Positions 29,049 to 36,408 of a DNA stretch of 40,015 nt are shown here, piece after piece. Source of the DNA: a phage; the sequence record PV889368.1. One strand, written 5' to 3'. Position numbers and translations under genes: made by a program. The number at the start of each line of letters is the position of its first letter. The first letter of the stretch is position 1. The notes under the pieces are model-generated. The model was not told where the DNA came from and ran no database searches. It saw nothing but the letters and a program-made list of their open reading frames with translations.

Positions 29049-31730
29049 TTAAGCGAATGCAAAGTCTGAAGACAAGATGTCTTCGATATTCAGTTCACCT
29101 TTCTTCGGAAGCTCAGGCAACTTGTCGCGCTGACTCTCGTGAAGCTGGTATTCAAACTGCTCGTAGAAGTCAAGCAGCACATCGTTGTCGCGGTATGTCT
29201 CTACCATCGTCTCACGGACACCACGGAACAGATACTCAGCGTCAGCCGGGATGGTCCCGAAGCTATCGTGAATCACTGCGAATGACATCACACCATACTT
29301 GCGGTGCGTGTGGACTACAGTCTTGCGGAGGTGGCTACCATCTTGTGAGTGGACGAAGTTCGGGCTAATGCCTGACTCCTGCTTGTGTTTGTCCAGCTCT
29401 TTCTTTGTGCCTTTGTTGACTGTAGGCTGAAGGTTGAATGACCCTAAGAACATCAGGTTCAGACGAGTGGTATCCTTCTTGCGGTATTCCTGCCATACCG
29501 GGAAACCATCAGGTGTGACCCAGTGTACCGGAAGGCAAGGCTTCAGGATTTCACCAGTCTTCTTGTCCTTCACTTCAGCAGCCAGCAGCTTGGCAGCGCC
29601 TTGAAGCCACTTCATCGCGTCAACCGCAGCAACTACGGTCACACTCACAGCCTCCCAAATCATCTTGGCCATGAAGCGAGACGCTTGGCTTGGCTCAGTG
29701 AACATAGCGCCAGACCCTGAGTCAATCGCTGGCATTACGATGTCCTCGTAAACTTGGTCTGCGAAGCCGTACTCTTTCGACCCGTAGGCCAGAGTCATGA
29801 CCGAACGCTTAGTGACCTTGCGTGACATACCGTAAGTCAGCCACTGACGGGCCAGCTCTCGTGTCCCCAGCTTGAGACGCTCGGTAATCTCACCTGTTTT
29901 CTTGTCCTCGTGAGTCACCACCTCGTTGTCCGTACCGTTAACCAGCAGGACTTTAAGTTCCTCCTCAATGCGGTCGGACACAATGCGGTAGATGTCTTGG
30001 ACCTTACCGGATGGCGTCAGGTTTACTGCATGTCCACCGATGTGGTCACGAAGCATCGCGCTGAAGTGCTGAATCCCAGAGCATGACCCATCGAACGCTA
30101 TCGGAAGCGAGCATGAGTAAGACAATCCGTGGTGCATTACGCCAGCATACTCGAAGCAGAACGCAAGGAAGCAGAACGGAGAGTCTAACTTGCCCCACCA
30201 CTCAATGCTATCCATCGGTGCTTTGGCAGCAGCCATGATGTTGTCGTGGTTGTCTTCCACCCATTTGATGCGCTCCTCGAAGGTGACTTTATCGACACCA
30301 GCACAGTTTGCACCGTGGACCTTCAGCCATTTAAAACCATCAGCGCCAATAGGCTTGCCGACTGCCAGAGTCAGGAGACCCTTCTGCATGTCGTTGCCCT
30401 GAGGGTTGAACATCGGTACAGCGTAGACGCGGCCGCGCCAATCCATGTTATATGGGAACCATATGGCCTTGAACTGAGAGAACTTGTTTGCTTGGTTAAC
30501 GATAAAGCTCAGTGATAATCTGCGTGACTGTCTGGCCTTCTCGCGGCGATAGATACCAGCAGCAGCCTTCTTCCATGCCTTGAGTTCTTCTTCAGTCTCA
30601 CCCGCATAGTCCTCAGGCTTCAGTGGTTCCATCTGAGGGATGTCATCAATAGGCGTGTTGTTCAGCTTCTCGACCATGTTCACAACGTCCAGGACCTTCT
30701 TGTTCACTTTCCAAGGTGTACTCTGAATGATGTTCACAGCGTCGTAGACTTCAGGCATGTACACGTCTTCGTAACGTGCTACCGCAGACTTAGACCCTAA
30801 GCGAATCAGTGGTAATGGTCTGCGACCTTTGGCCCAATACCCACCACCTACGACACCCGTCCACGGCTTAGGTGGAACGACGCAAGGCTGATAGACTGGT
30901 GCGATACCCGCAAGGCTGAATCCACGTTGTGCCATCTTCTTTACCCAGAAGTCTGACAGGTGGACCATCTCAACGTCAGCCGCCGCATTGCCAGCACCAT
31001 AACGCTTAAGCTCAACCAGTTGTGTAGACTGAATGACAATCTCAAGCATCTTGATGCCAACGTGTACCGCCTCGGTAGGACTCCAAGTTCCCCAAGCATC
31101 TTCCAGTTGGCCCTGCTCCAGCATGGATGTCTCAACCGCTTGCATGTAGGCTTTCTTGTAGGATGCCCCGGCTCGCTTGTTCAGGTTCTCAGCTATCGCC
31201 TTCTTGAAGTGCTCCTGCTCCTTGTCACGGATGCGACCGAAGCGGATTTCATCTTCAAGAGTGCGACCTATCGCGGAGGCCATAGGTGTAATCGGTATCC
31301 CTTCAGGCTTGACCAGCTTAGAGAGAATGACCTTCAGTATGATAACCGCAGCAGACTCGCAGGAGATGCGCAGAGAGCGGTCCTTGACAGCCTTCCCTTC
31401 AGTGCTCAACATGGTGAACGCTACGCTCGGACGAGAGATTGACAGCTTCCCGTCTGTGCCTTCATGCCACTCCTTGACGGCTTGCGCAATCTTAGGGACC
31501 AGAGTCTGCATCAAAGGCTTGGCGACCTGATTGTCTGCCAGTTCCCCGCGCTCCGTCTGGCGCTCAAGGTTCTTGATGAAACGTCGCTCGCCTTCAGTGT
31601 ATGCCTCATGCTCAAGCTGAAGCTGTTTGACTGCAAGGTCTTGCCCGTAGTGGTCAGCCAGCAGGTTAAACGGCTCAATGGCGTTCGACACATCAGAGAA
31701 GTCGTGTTTGTCAATAGAGATGACGCTCAT
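29049..31730 (-). CDS. Single-subunit DNA-dependent RNA polymerase (gp1)
   Basis: Collinear with T7 RNAP across 893 aa, e.g. FSDV...PFN.LADHYG, RFGRIRD, PCVVPPKPWTG, AIWFPYNMDWRGRVYA, DGSCSGIQHFSAMLRD, VTKRSVMTLAYGSKE, HDSFGT, C-terminal FAFA. Confidence 0.97.
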   Translation of the reverse strand: MSVISIDKHDFSDVSNAIEPFNLLADHYGQDLAVKQLQLEHEAYTEGERRFIKNLERQTERGELADNQVAKPLMQTLVPKIAQAVKEWHEGTDGKLSISRPSVAFTMLSTEGKAVKDRSLRISCESAAVIILKVILSKLVKPEGIPITPMASAIGRTLEDEIRFGRIRDKEQEHFKKAIAENLNKRAGASYKKAYMQAVETSMLEQGQLEDAWGTWSPTEAVHVGIKMLEIVIQSTQLVELKRYGAGNAAADVEMVHLSDFWVKKMAQRGFSLAGIAPVYQPCVVPPKPWTGVVGGGYWAKGRRPLPLIRLGSKSAVARYEDVYMPEVYDAVNIIQSTPWKVNKKVLDVVNMVEKLNNTPIDDIPQMEPLKPEDYAGETEEELKAWKKAAAGIYRREKARQSRRLSLSFIVNQANKFSQFKAIWFPYNMDWRGRVYAVPMFNPQGNDMQKGLLTLAVGKPIGADGFKWLKVHGANCAGVDKVTFEERIKWVEDNHDNIMAAAKAPMDSIEWWGKLDSPFCFLAFCFEYAGVMHHGLSYSCSLPIAFDGSCSGIQHFSAMLRDHIGGHAVNLTPSGKVQDIYRIVSDRIEEELKVLLVNGTDNEVVTHEDKKTGEITERLKLGTRELARQWLTYGMSRKVTKRSVMTLAYGSKEYGFADQVYEDIVMPAIDSGSGAMFTEPSQASRFMAKMIWEAVSVTVVAAVDAMKWLQGAAKLLAAEVKDKKTGEILKPCLPVHWVTPDGFPVWQEYRKKDTTRLNLMFLGSFNLQPTVNKGTKKELDKHKQESGISPNFVHSQDGSHLRKTVVHTHRKYGVMSFAVIHDSFGTIPADAEYLFRGVRETMVETYRDNDVLLDFYEQFEYQLHESQRDKLPELPKKGELNIEDILSSDFAFA

Positions 31731-31799
31731 ACTTAAAGTCCTTGTTATTAGTCTTTCACTTAGAGTCTCTTTGGTCTTTCACTTGGAGTCTTAGACCTT

Positions 31800-31822
31800 G
31801 AGTCCTATAGTGATAGTTAAGT
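31800..31822 (-). promoter_or_regulatory. Phage RNAP promoter immediately upstream of the RNAP gene
   Basis: Minus strand GACTTAACTATCACTATAGGACTCAAGG, about 75 nt upstream of the gene 1 ATG; the leader carries a duplicated AAGTGAAAGAC. Confidence 0.7.
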
Positions 31823-31827
31823 CAGAA

Positions 31828-32220
31828 TTACTTGCATATCAGAGGGTTAGCGTGAAGATGACTGAAGTCACCGTGAGTCGTGTGCTTGATGGTCGACCGT
31901 TGGTCTATCGCCTTCCAGCCTGAGACCAGAAGTTTACCGTCGTCTGTGATTGGTCGTCCACCATACGCCAGATACATCAGCTCGGACTTATGGCCCTCGG
32001 CCCGGAGTCGTGCCTGAAGTACACGGTCTCGCTCCTGCTGTTGACGCTTAGTGTGTGATGAGTGGCGGTGTACATAAGTGCCCTTTCTCCCGGTCTTCTC
32101 CCAGTAGTTGCGGCCACGCGAGTCAGTTCCAACATACTTCCACTCTACGCCGTTCTTATCAGTGAATTTGCGAAACGCTAGGGTTGAGTCCATTGCGTGT
32201 ACCAGATTTAACATATTCAT
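31828..32220 (-). CDS. Hypothetical early protein (130 aa) where T7 has the gp0.7 kinase; no kinase motifs seen
   Basis: ATG with GGGAG RBS; TAATG overlap with the upstream ORF. Confidence 0.6.
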   Translation of the reverse strand: MNMLNLVHAMDSTLAFRKFTDKNGVEWKYVGTDSRGRNYWEKTGRKGTYVHRHSSHTKRQQQERDRVLQARLRAEGHKSELMYLAYGGRPITDDGKLLVSGWKAIDQRSTIKHTTHGDFSHLHANPLICK

Positions 32221-32417
32221 TACAGTTTACTCCCAAGTGTTGCTATATCCCAGACGTTCGCTAAGTTACGCGTGAATCGTCCGTTAGGTTGACGCACAGT
32301 CCAGCGACCCAGACGTGCATAGTTGAATTTATAGACTTTACATGCCTTGTTGATGTCTCTCACCAGCACGTAGGCGATAAGTCCATAGCCTATGGCTATC
32401 AATAGTGCAGATATCAT
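32220..32417 (-). CDS. Small early protein with an N-terminal transmembrane helix (65 aa)
   Basis: ATG start; hydrophobic N-terminus MISALLIAIGYGLIAYVLV. Confidence 0.5.
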   Translation of the reverse strand: MISALLIAIGYGLIAYVLVRDINKACKVYKFNYARLGRWTVRQPNGRFTRNLANVWDIATLGSKL

Positions 32418-32420
32418 AGC

Positions 32421-32588
32421 TTACCCCGCCAGTCCAATCCATATCAGTAGACCGCGCACGACCCCTACCGGAGAGAATATTATATCCACTGCCAGCCAGC
32501 CAAGACGCAGTGCATTCCCATCAGCTATGACCGCAGTCAGCCAAGACAGAATGATGGTGACGTAAAGTGCGATGACTGTAAGTTTCAT
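32421..32588 (-). CDS. Small early membrane protein (55 aa, two predicted TM helices)
   Basis: Not in the ORF track; ATG 32588 with AGGAG RBS; MKLTVIALYVTIILSWLTAVIADG...VGVVRGLLIWIGLAG. Confidence 0.45.
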   Translation of the reverse strand: MKLTVIALYVTIILSWLTAVIADGNALRLGWLAVDIIFSPVGVVRGLLIWIGLAG

Positions 32589-32594
32589 AGTTAA

Positions 32595-32660
32595 CTCCTA
32601 TCAATTTAAGTGATAATCTTTGAGGCCACATATCAGTTAGATGACCTCTCGTCTATCACT
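32595..32660 (-). promoter_or_regulatory. Conserved early intergenic element, copy D
   Basis: Shares ...gaggccac...atcagt...gacct...tctatcactc... with copies at 33045, 33785 and 34375; lies in the 5' leader of the downstream ORF. Confidence 0.4.
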
Positions 32661-32661
32661 C

Positions 32662-33039
32662 CTACACTTCCACTGCGATGGTTGTCATCTTGGTCACAGT
32701 AAGACCACCAGCAAGCTCAACAGCATAGCGTATCGCCTCGTCTTTGGACCTGAAATCTTTTCCAGCAAGGTGGTAAATATCGCCGTTTATTACTTTGGTC
32801 GGCTTGCGGCTGACTGCTATGGCGTTGCTGAGGGAAAGCTCGCCTTTCGACCACTGAGAGTGCCAGCGAAGCACGCTCTTACTGGATACGTTGAAGTCAC
32901 TTGCCACCATCTCAAGCATGGAGTCAAGTCGAGAGGTGCCATATTGAGGCTGGCGCACCAAGTCGTATGCCTGTGCTACTCGGATTTTAAACTCTACAGA
33001 ATACTGATTGCGGGTCTTAGGTTGTGCTGGTGTAAACAT
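32662..33039 (-). CDS. Early protein with a transposase-type helix-turn-helix-like N-terminus (125 aa)
   Basis: ATG with AAGGA RBS; YSVEFKIRVAQAY....YGTS......VSSKSVLRWHSQW resembles IS3-OrfA-type HTH (from memory, unverified). Confidence 0.55.
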   Translation of the reverse strand: MFTPAQPKTRNQYSVEFKIRVAQAYDLVRQPQYGTSRLDSMLEMVASDFNVSSKSVLRWHSQWSKGELSLSNAIAVSRKPTKVINGDIYHLAGKDFRSKDEAIRYAVELAGGLTVTKMTTIAVEV

Positions 33040-33044
33040 TTGGC

Positions 33045-33125
33045 ATTCCTTCTGGTTAATTTAAATTAAGTGACAATCAGTCAGGCCACCAGCATTGATG
33101 ACCTGTAGTCTATCACTCAGCGTGC
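33045..33125 (-). promoter_or_regulatory. Conserved early intergenic element, copy C
   Basis: ttaatttaaattaagtgacaatcagtcaggccacc...gacctgtagtctatcactcag. Confidence 0.4.
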
Positions 33126-33262
33126 AAGCTGCCGAGTATACTCTTGCGGCCCTTATAGACCGCTTTCAGGAGACGCATAGCCACATCGTGGTTTAACTGC
33201 CCGGTCTTGACCATAAGCCGGGCGTTGTTGACGTGATGCTGGCAGAGACCATAAGTTACCAT
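33116..33262 (-). CDS. gp0.4-like small protein (48 aa; T7 gp0.4 is an FtsZ inhibitor)
   Basis: Not in the ORF track; ATG overlaps the ocr stop (TAATG); MVTYGLCQHH...AMRLLKAVYKG..SILGSLHG resembles T7 gp0.4 ..VQYGLTAQ...AMAQLKELYEN..AIALESAE. Confidence 0.55.
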
Positions 33263-33771
33263 TACTCGCAGTCCTCTTCAGCAGCCGCAGGGTCGAACAC
33301 TACGTTATCGTTGACGTCTTCGACCTTCAGGTGGCGACCAATCGCATAGTGGTCTTTGGCACATGCGGTAGCGACCTCAAGAGACACAGCTTGCTCAATT
33401 ATTGCTCCTGTTTTAGCGTCAACTACCCAATACTCAGCCTCTTCGTCGCTCTCTTCAGCCTCAAACCATACCACATCCGAGCTATTAGACACATCGTTAT
33501 ACAGTGCCTCATAGATACGAGCTTGCAGTATACGCGTCACATCCTTGGTCTCAGGCATCAGCCCAGAGTCTTCAAACTCATGGTCAATACCATCAGCAGC
33601 CATCACCGTGAAAATCTCGTGGTAATAGTGCGGTACCTGACCGTCTACGACCTCATGCAGCGCATCATGGTAGTCGTCACCTTCAGCTATTTCGTCGTAC
33701 TGAATGCGCTCGTTAAATGCTTCAACAGTTGCAGCCAGCAGGTCATAGTATGCGCTAGCGTTACGTTCCAT
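33262..33771 (-). CDS. ocr: Ocr-like DNA mimic (gp0.3 family), 169 aa with an extended C-terminus
   Basis: [53 protein letters not shown] closely matches T7 Ocr [53 protein letters not shown]; about 50 aa longer than T7 Ocr (117 aa). Confidence 0.9.
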   Translation of the reverse strand: [169 protein letters not shown]

Positions 33772-33784
33772 AGTTATATCCTCT

Positions 33785-33860
33785 CAAAGTTAATTATGTG
33801 TGTGTTAGTGACTATCAGTCAGGCCGCTATGAGTCTAACGACCTGTAGTTAATCACTAGA
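33785..33860 (-). promoter_or_regulatory. Conserved early intergenic element, copy B (ocr leader)
   Basis: ctctcaaagttaattatgtgtgtgttagtgactatcagtcaggcc...gacctgtagttaatcact; near-identical to copy A. Confidence 0.45.
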
Positions 33861-34134
33861 AGGCTACATCTTTAAGCGCGTTCTTGAGCATGGTCTCTAT
33901 GTTTGAATCATTCACGTTGGTCATATACCCACCCACCTCTTGCACTTCCGCATTGTTGCTGGTGATTAATTCCTGCGCCTTTTTATGGCCCACTCCATGA
34001 TAGCAATCCCACACGAAGCGCTTGAACGTTAGACCCTTCTCTTTGTAGAGCGCGGCGGAGTCCGCCACTCCACGCAATAATCTTGATTCTAACTCCTTGC
34101 GGAAGGCGTCTGCTGTAGCTTTGTTCAGTCTCAT
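33856..34134 (-). CDS. Hypothetical early protein (92 aa) upstream of ocr
   Basis: ATG with AAGAGGA RBS, 12 nt after the upstream ORF. Confidence 0.6.
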   Translation of the reverse strand: MRLNKATADAFRKELESRLLRGVADSAALYKEKGLTFKRFVWDCYHGVGHKKAQELITSNNAEVQEVGGYMTNVNDSNIETMLKNALKDVAF

Positions 34135-34145
34135 AATGAATCCTC

Positions 34146-34352
34146 TTAGTAAATGTAAGTTTCGACACTATCAATGATTACGAAATGCTGTGGGCGGCGA
34201 CTATTGAAGTCTACAAGCATTACTTGCAACCACTTACCGTTAATCTTAACTTTGTAGTTAGAGTAAGCCTGGCCTTTAACCATATCTTCAGTAGTTACTT
34301 TAACCTTGCGGCATTCCAGTTTAACAGTCTTCTCTTTATCTGCGTAGAACAT
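34146..34352 (-). CDS. Hypothetical early protein (68 aa), first gene of the early operon
   Basis: Start moved to ATG 34352 (MFYADKEK...) with GAGAGGA RBS inside conserved element A. Confidence 0.55.
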   Translation of the reverse strand: MFYADKEKTVKLECRKVKVTTEDMVKGQAYSNYKVKINGKWLQVMLVDFNSRRPQHFVIIDSVETYIY

Positions 34353-34374
34353 ACTAAATCCTCTCAAAGTTAAT

Positions 34375-34450
34375 TGTGTGTTAGTGACTATCAGTCAGGG
34401 CCTTCAGATGTAGACTCAAAGACCCTGTAGTTAGTCGCTATCGGCGCACA
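34375..34450 (-). promoter_or_regulatory. Conserved early intergenic element, copy A
   Basis: cctctcaaagttaattgtgtgttagtgactatcagtcagggcc...gaccctgtagttagtcgct. Confidence 0.45.
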
Positions 34451-34550
34451 TTAAGAGTTTATCCAGATTGTTAAAGAGCATTCGCGTTGGCTGTCGTCGC
34501 CGTGCTATCCCGTTTCAGTGTTGGGACTCACCGTCGTTTCAGTGTGGTAC

Positions 34551-34579
34551 AGCTTACAGCTTTTAAAGGAGGCTGTCAA
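34551..34579 (-). promoter_or_regulatory. Candidate host sigma70 early promoter (A-type), proximal
   Basis: Minus strand TTGACA, 17-nt spacer, TAAGCT, then GTACCAC; resembles T7 A2/A3 (TTGACA...TAAGAT). Confidence 0.5.
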
Positions 34580-34697
34580 CCTGTTATTCTTTTATGCGGT
34601 GAGTGACCGAATTCGACTCACAGCTGGTGCCTTATCCTTGGCTGGTCTCGGGCAGGCTTCTCGGTTCCTATCCCTACGCCATCTTGCTACGTGGTAC

Positions 34698-34727
34698 ATA
34701 CTACTTTAAGTCGGTACTACTTGTCAA
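34698..34727 (-). promoter_or_regulatory. Candidate host sigma70 early promoter (A-type), distal
   Basis: Minus strand TTGACA, 18-nt spacer, TAGTAT, then GTACCAC; same downstream GTACCAC as the proximal copy. Confidence 0.5.
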
Positions 34728-34939
34728 CTACTTTCTGTCATCTGCCTGTTGTTCGTATGACTTATCAGGCTGTCTACTTAACCGGGATGACCCGGCGTCT
34801 TCACTATCCGGTTGTTGCCGTGTCGTGTTGACGGAAGCTATTAAGCCACAGTCGATACCTATAGTCAATAGTCAATTTGAAATAATATTGATTAAGCTAT
34901 CGTCGGCCTCATAGTGACTAAGAAGATAGTCTTTGACTA

Positions 34940-35460
34940 ACATGTATTTGACCTTAAGTCTATAGCTTTGTGTCTATTAACTGTAGGTCTTTGACTGTAG
35001 GTTAATCGGATTAACTGGTAGATGACGTAAGGTTGATGACTTGAGGTGATAGGTTGATACAGATAGAGACTCAGAGAAGACAAATAGTCCCAACCTATCG
35101 TCTCAGCCCCAACCGATAGTCATGACCTATCGTTGACCTGAAGTCTTGACCATCGGTCCAACCTTATGATAGACTGGGGTGGGCCTTTGGTCTGGACTAA
35201 AAGAGGGCCTATGGGGAGACTTGAGGTTCTTGAACTGTGAGATGTGGTCTCAAACTTTTGGTCCAAAACTCATCGAAGACTGTAGGTGGCAGCTACTGTA
35301 GGTCAAGGACCGTAGGTCAGGCGACACTAGGATAGACCAATAAGTAGGATGACCCTAAGTGAGCTTCTATTAAGGTGTTACCTAAAGTCCTTGACTACAG
35401 TAGCTAAGGTCAGTAGAGTGAGTCTTTATCCACGTACTGACCTTAGGTCTTCAGCCTTCG
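34940..35460. repeat. Non-coding region rich in short dispersed repeats; likely contains the genome termini / concatemer junction
   Basis: Many copies of CTGTAGGTC, ACCGTAGGTC, CCTTAGGTC, CCTAAAGTCC and similar within ~500 bp lacking ORFs, placed between the phiOR/19.5 end and the early promoters, as with T7 terminal short repeats. Confidence 0.5.
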
Positions 35461-35509
35461 CCATAACCGATCATACTACCTCCTTTCATGAATCGTTACC
35501 ATGATTGCG

Positions 35510-35668
35510 TTAATTACACTGAGAGACCAGAGAACATACGAGAGTCTCGACCCTCCCGACCCACTGACTTCCAGCAGTAACGCCAGCAGCAAGTAGAACA
35601 GCAGCAAGAAACCTGTATGTAGCTCGATTGGTCGCCAGAGCTTTAAGTACAGCTTTGGTCTTTGCCAT
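35510..35668 (-). CDS. gp19.5-position small protein (52 aa)
   Basis: Not in the ORF track; ATG 35668 with AGGAGG RBS, downstream of the phiOR-like promoter; hydrophobic middle segment. Confidence 0.4.
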   Translation of the reverse strand: MAKTKAVLKALATNRATYRFLAAVLLAAGVTAGSQWVGRVETLVCSLVSQCN

Positions 35669-35816
35669 ATGCTACATACCTCCTGTATCTATGGTCGGTG
35701 ACTATCTGTATTGGAGGGTGATATTAATCATAATCCCTCCGACTATATGGAGACCTAGAGTCCTTACCTATATGCTAACTTTTAGTCGGCATACTATAAG
35801 GTCCCCCCGGTCCCCC

Positions 35817-35839
35817 CATCCCTATAGTGATAGTTAAGT
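35817..35839 (-). promoter_or_regulatory. Phage RNAP promoter (phiOR-like) near the right genome end
   Basis: Minus strand CTTAACTATCACTATAGGGATGGGGGG, flanked by the direct repeat GGGGGGACCGGGGGGACC. Confidence 0.8.
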
Positions 35840-35852
35840 TAACCTATTGAAT

Positions 35853-36395
35853 TTACTTGTGGTTTCTATGGGTCCTATCACGCTTAGGGGACCGTCGGTT
35901 TACTGCGTATTCCTTGTGCTTCTCAGTGCGTAGAGCATCAAGCCACACCTCTAGTTCCTCTATTGAATCTGAGGTCTTCGTGAAGCACTTACCTTGTAGG
36001 CGCAACTGAGCGCGATACTTTCCGGTAGGCTTGAAAAAGCTGATACCTTTGGGTAGACCATTAGTCTCGCCACCTCCTGAGTTCCATCTGTTCTCTAATG
36101 CTGTTACTAACCTGTAGTTATCTGGCCTGTCGTCAAGTCTATCACCATTGATATGGTCAACCATCATGCCAGAAGGTATACGACCCACTACTAGGCTGTA
36201 GATGATTCTGGCACGCCTATAGCGGCTACCAAGAACCTTCACGATTGCGTACCCAGACGGATGGACTGAATGTCCCATGACCTCGCCTGGCTTCTTGTTA
36301 GAGCCTTTATAGGGCTTCTTGCACACCAACTCACCATCTACATAAGCATAGTGATTAAAGAGGGCCACCCTGTCGATGGCCTTCTGTTTACTCAT
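35853..36395 (-). CDS. HNH homing endonuclease with an AP2-like DNA-binding domain (180 aa)
   Basis: HNH motif region VDHINGDRLDDRPDNYRLVTALENRWN; GISFFKPTGKYRAQLRLQGK resembles an AP2 domain; ATG with GGAGGA RBS 14 nt after the terminase stop. Confidence 0.8.
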   Translation of the reverse strand: MSKQKAIDRVALFNHYAYVDGELVCKKPYKGSNKKPGEVMGHSVHPSGYAIVKVLGSRYRRARIIYSLVVGRIPSGMMVDHINGDRLDDRPDNYRLVTALENRWNSGGGETNGLPKGISFFKPTGKYRAQLRLQGKCFTKTSDSIEELEVWLDALRTEKHKEYAVNRRSPKRDRTHRNHK

Positions 36396-36408
36396 GTTTC
36401 TCCTCCTA

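Noticed and set aside
33780-33860. Early repeated elements read as sigma70 promoters (CTGACT ... CATAAT)
   Set aside because: A -35/-10 reading is possible for copies A and B, but the elements sit in the leaders of successive genes within one operon and have hairpin potential, so processing sites are considered more likely; left unresolved
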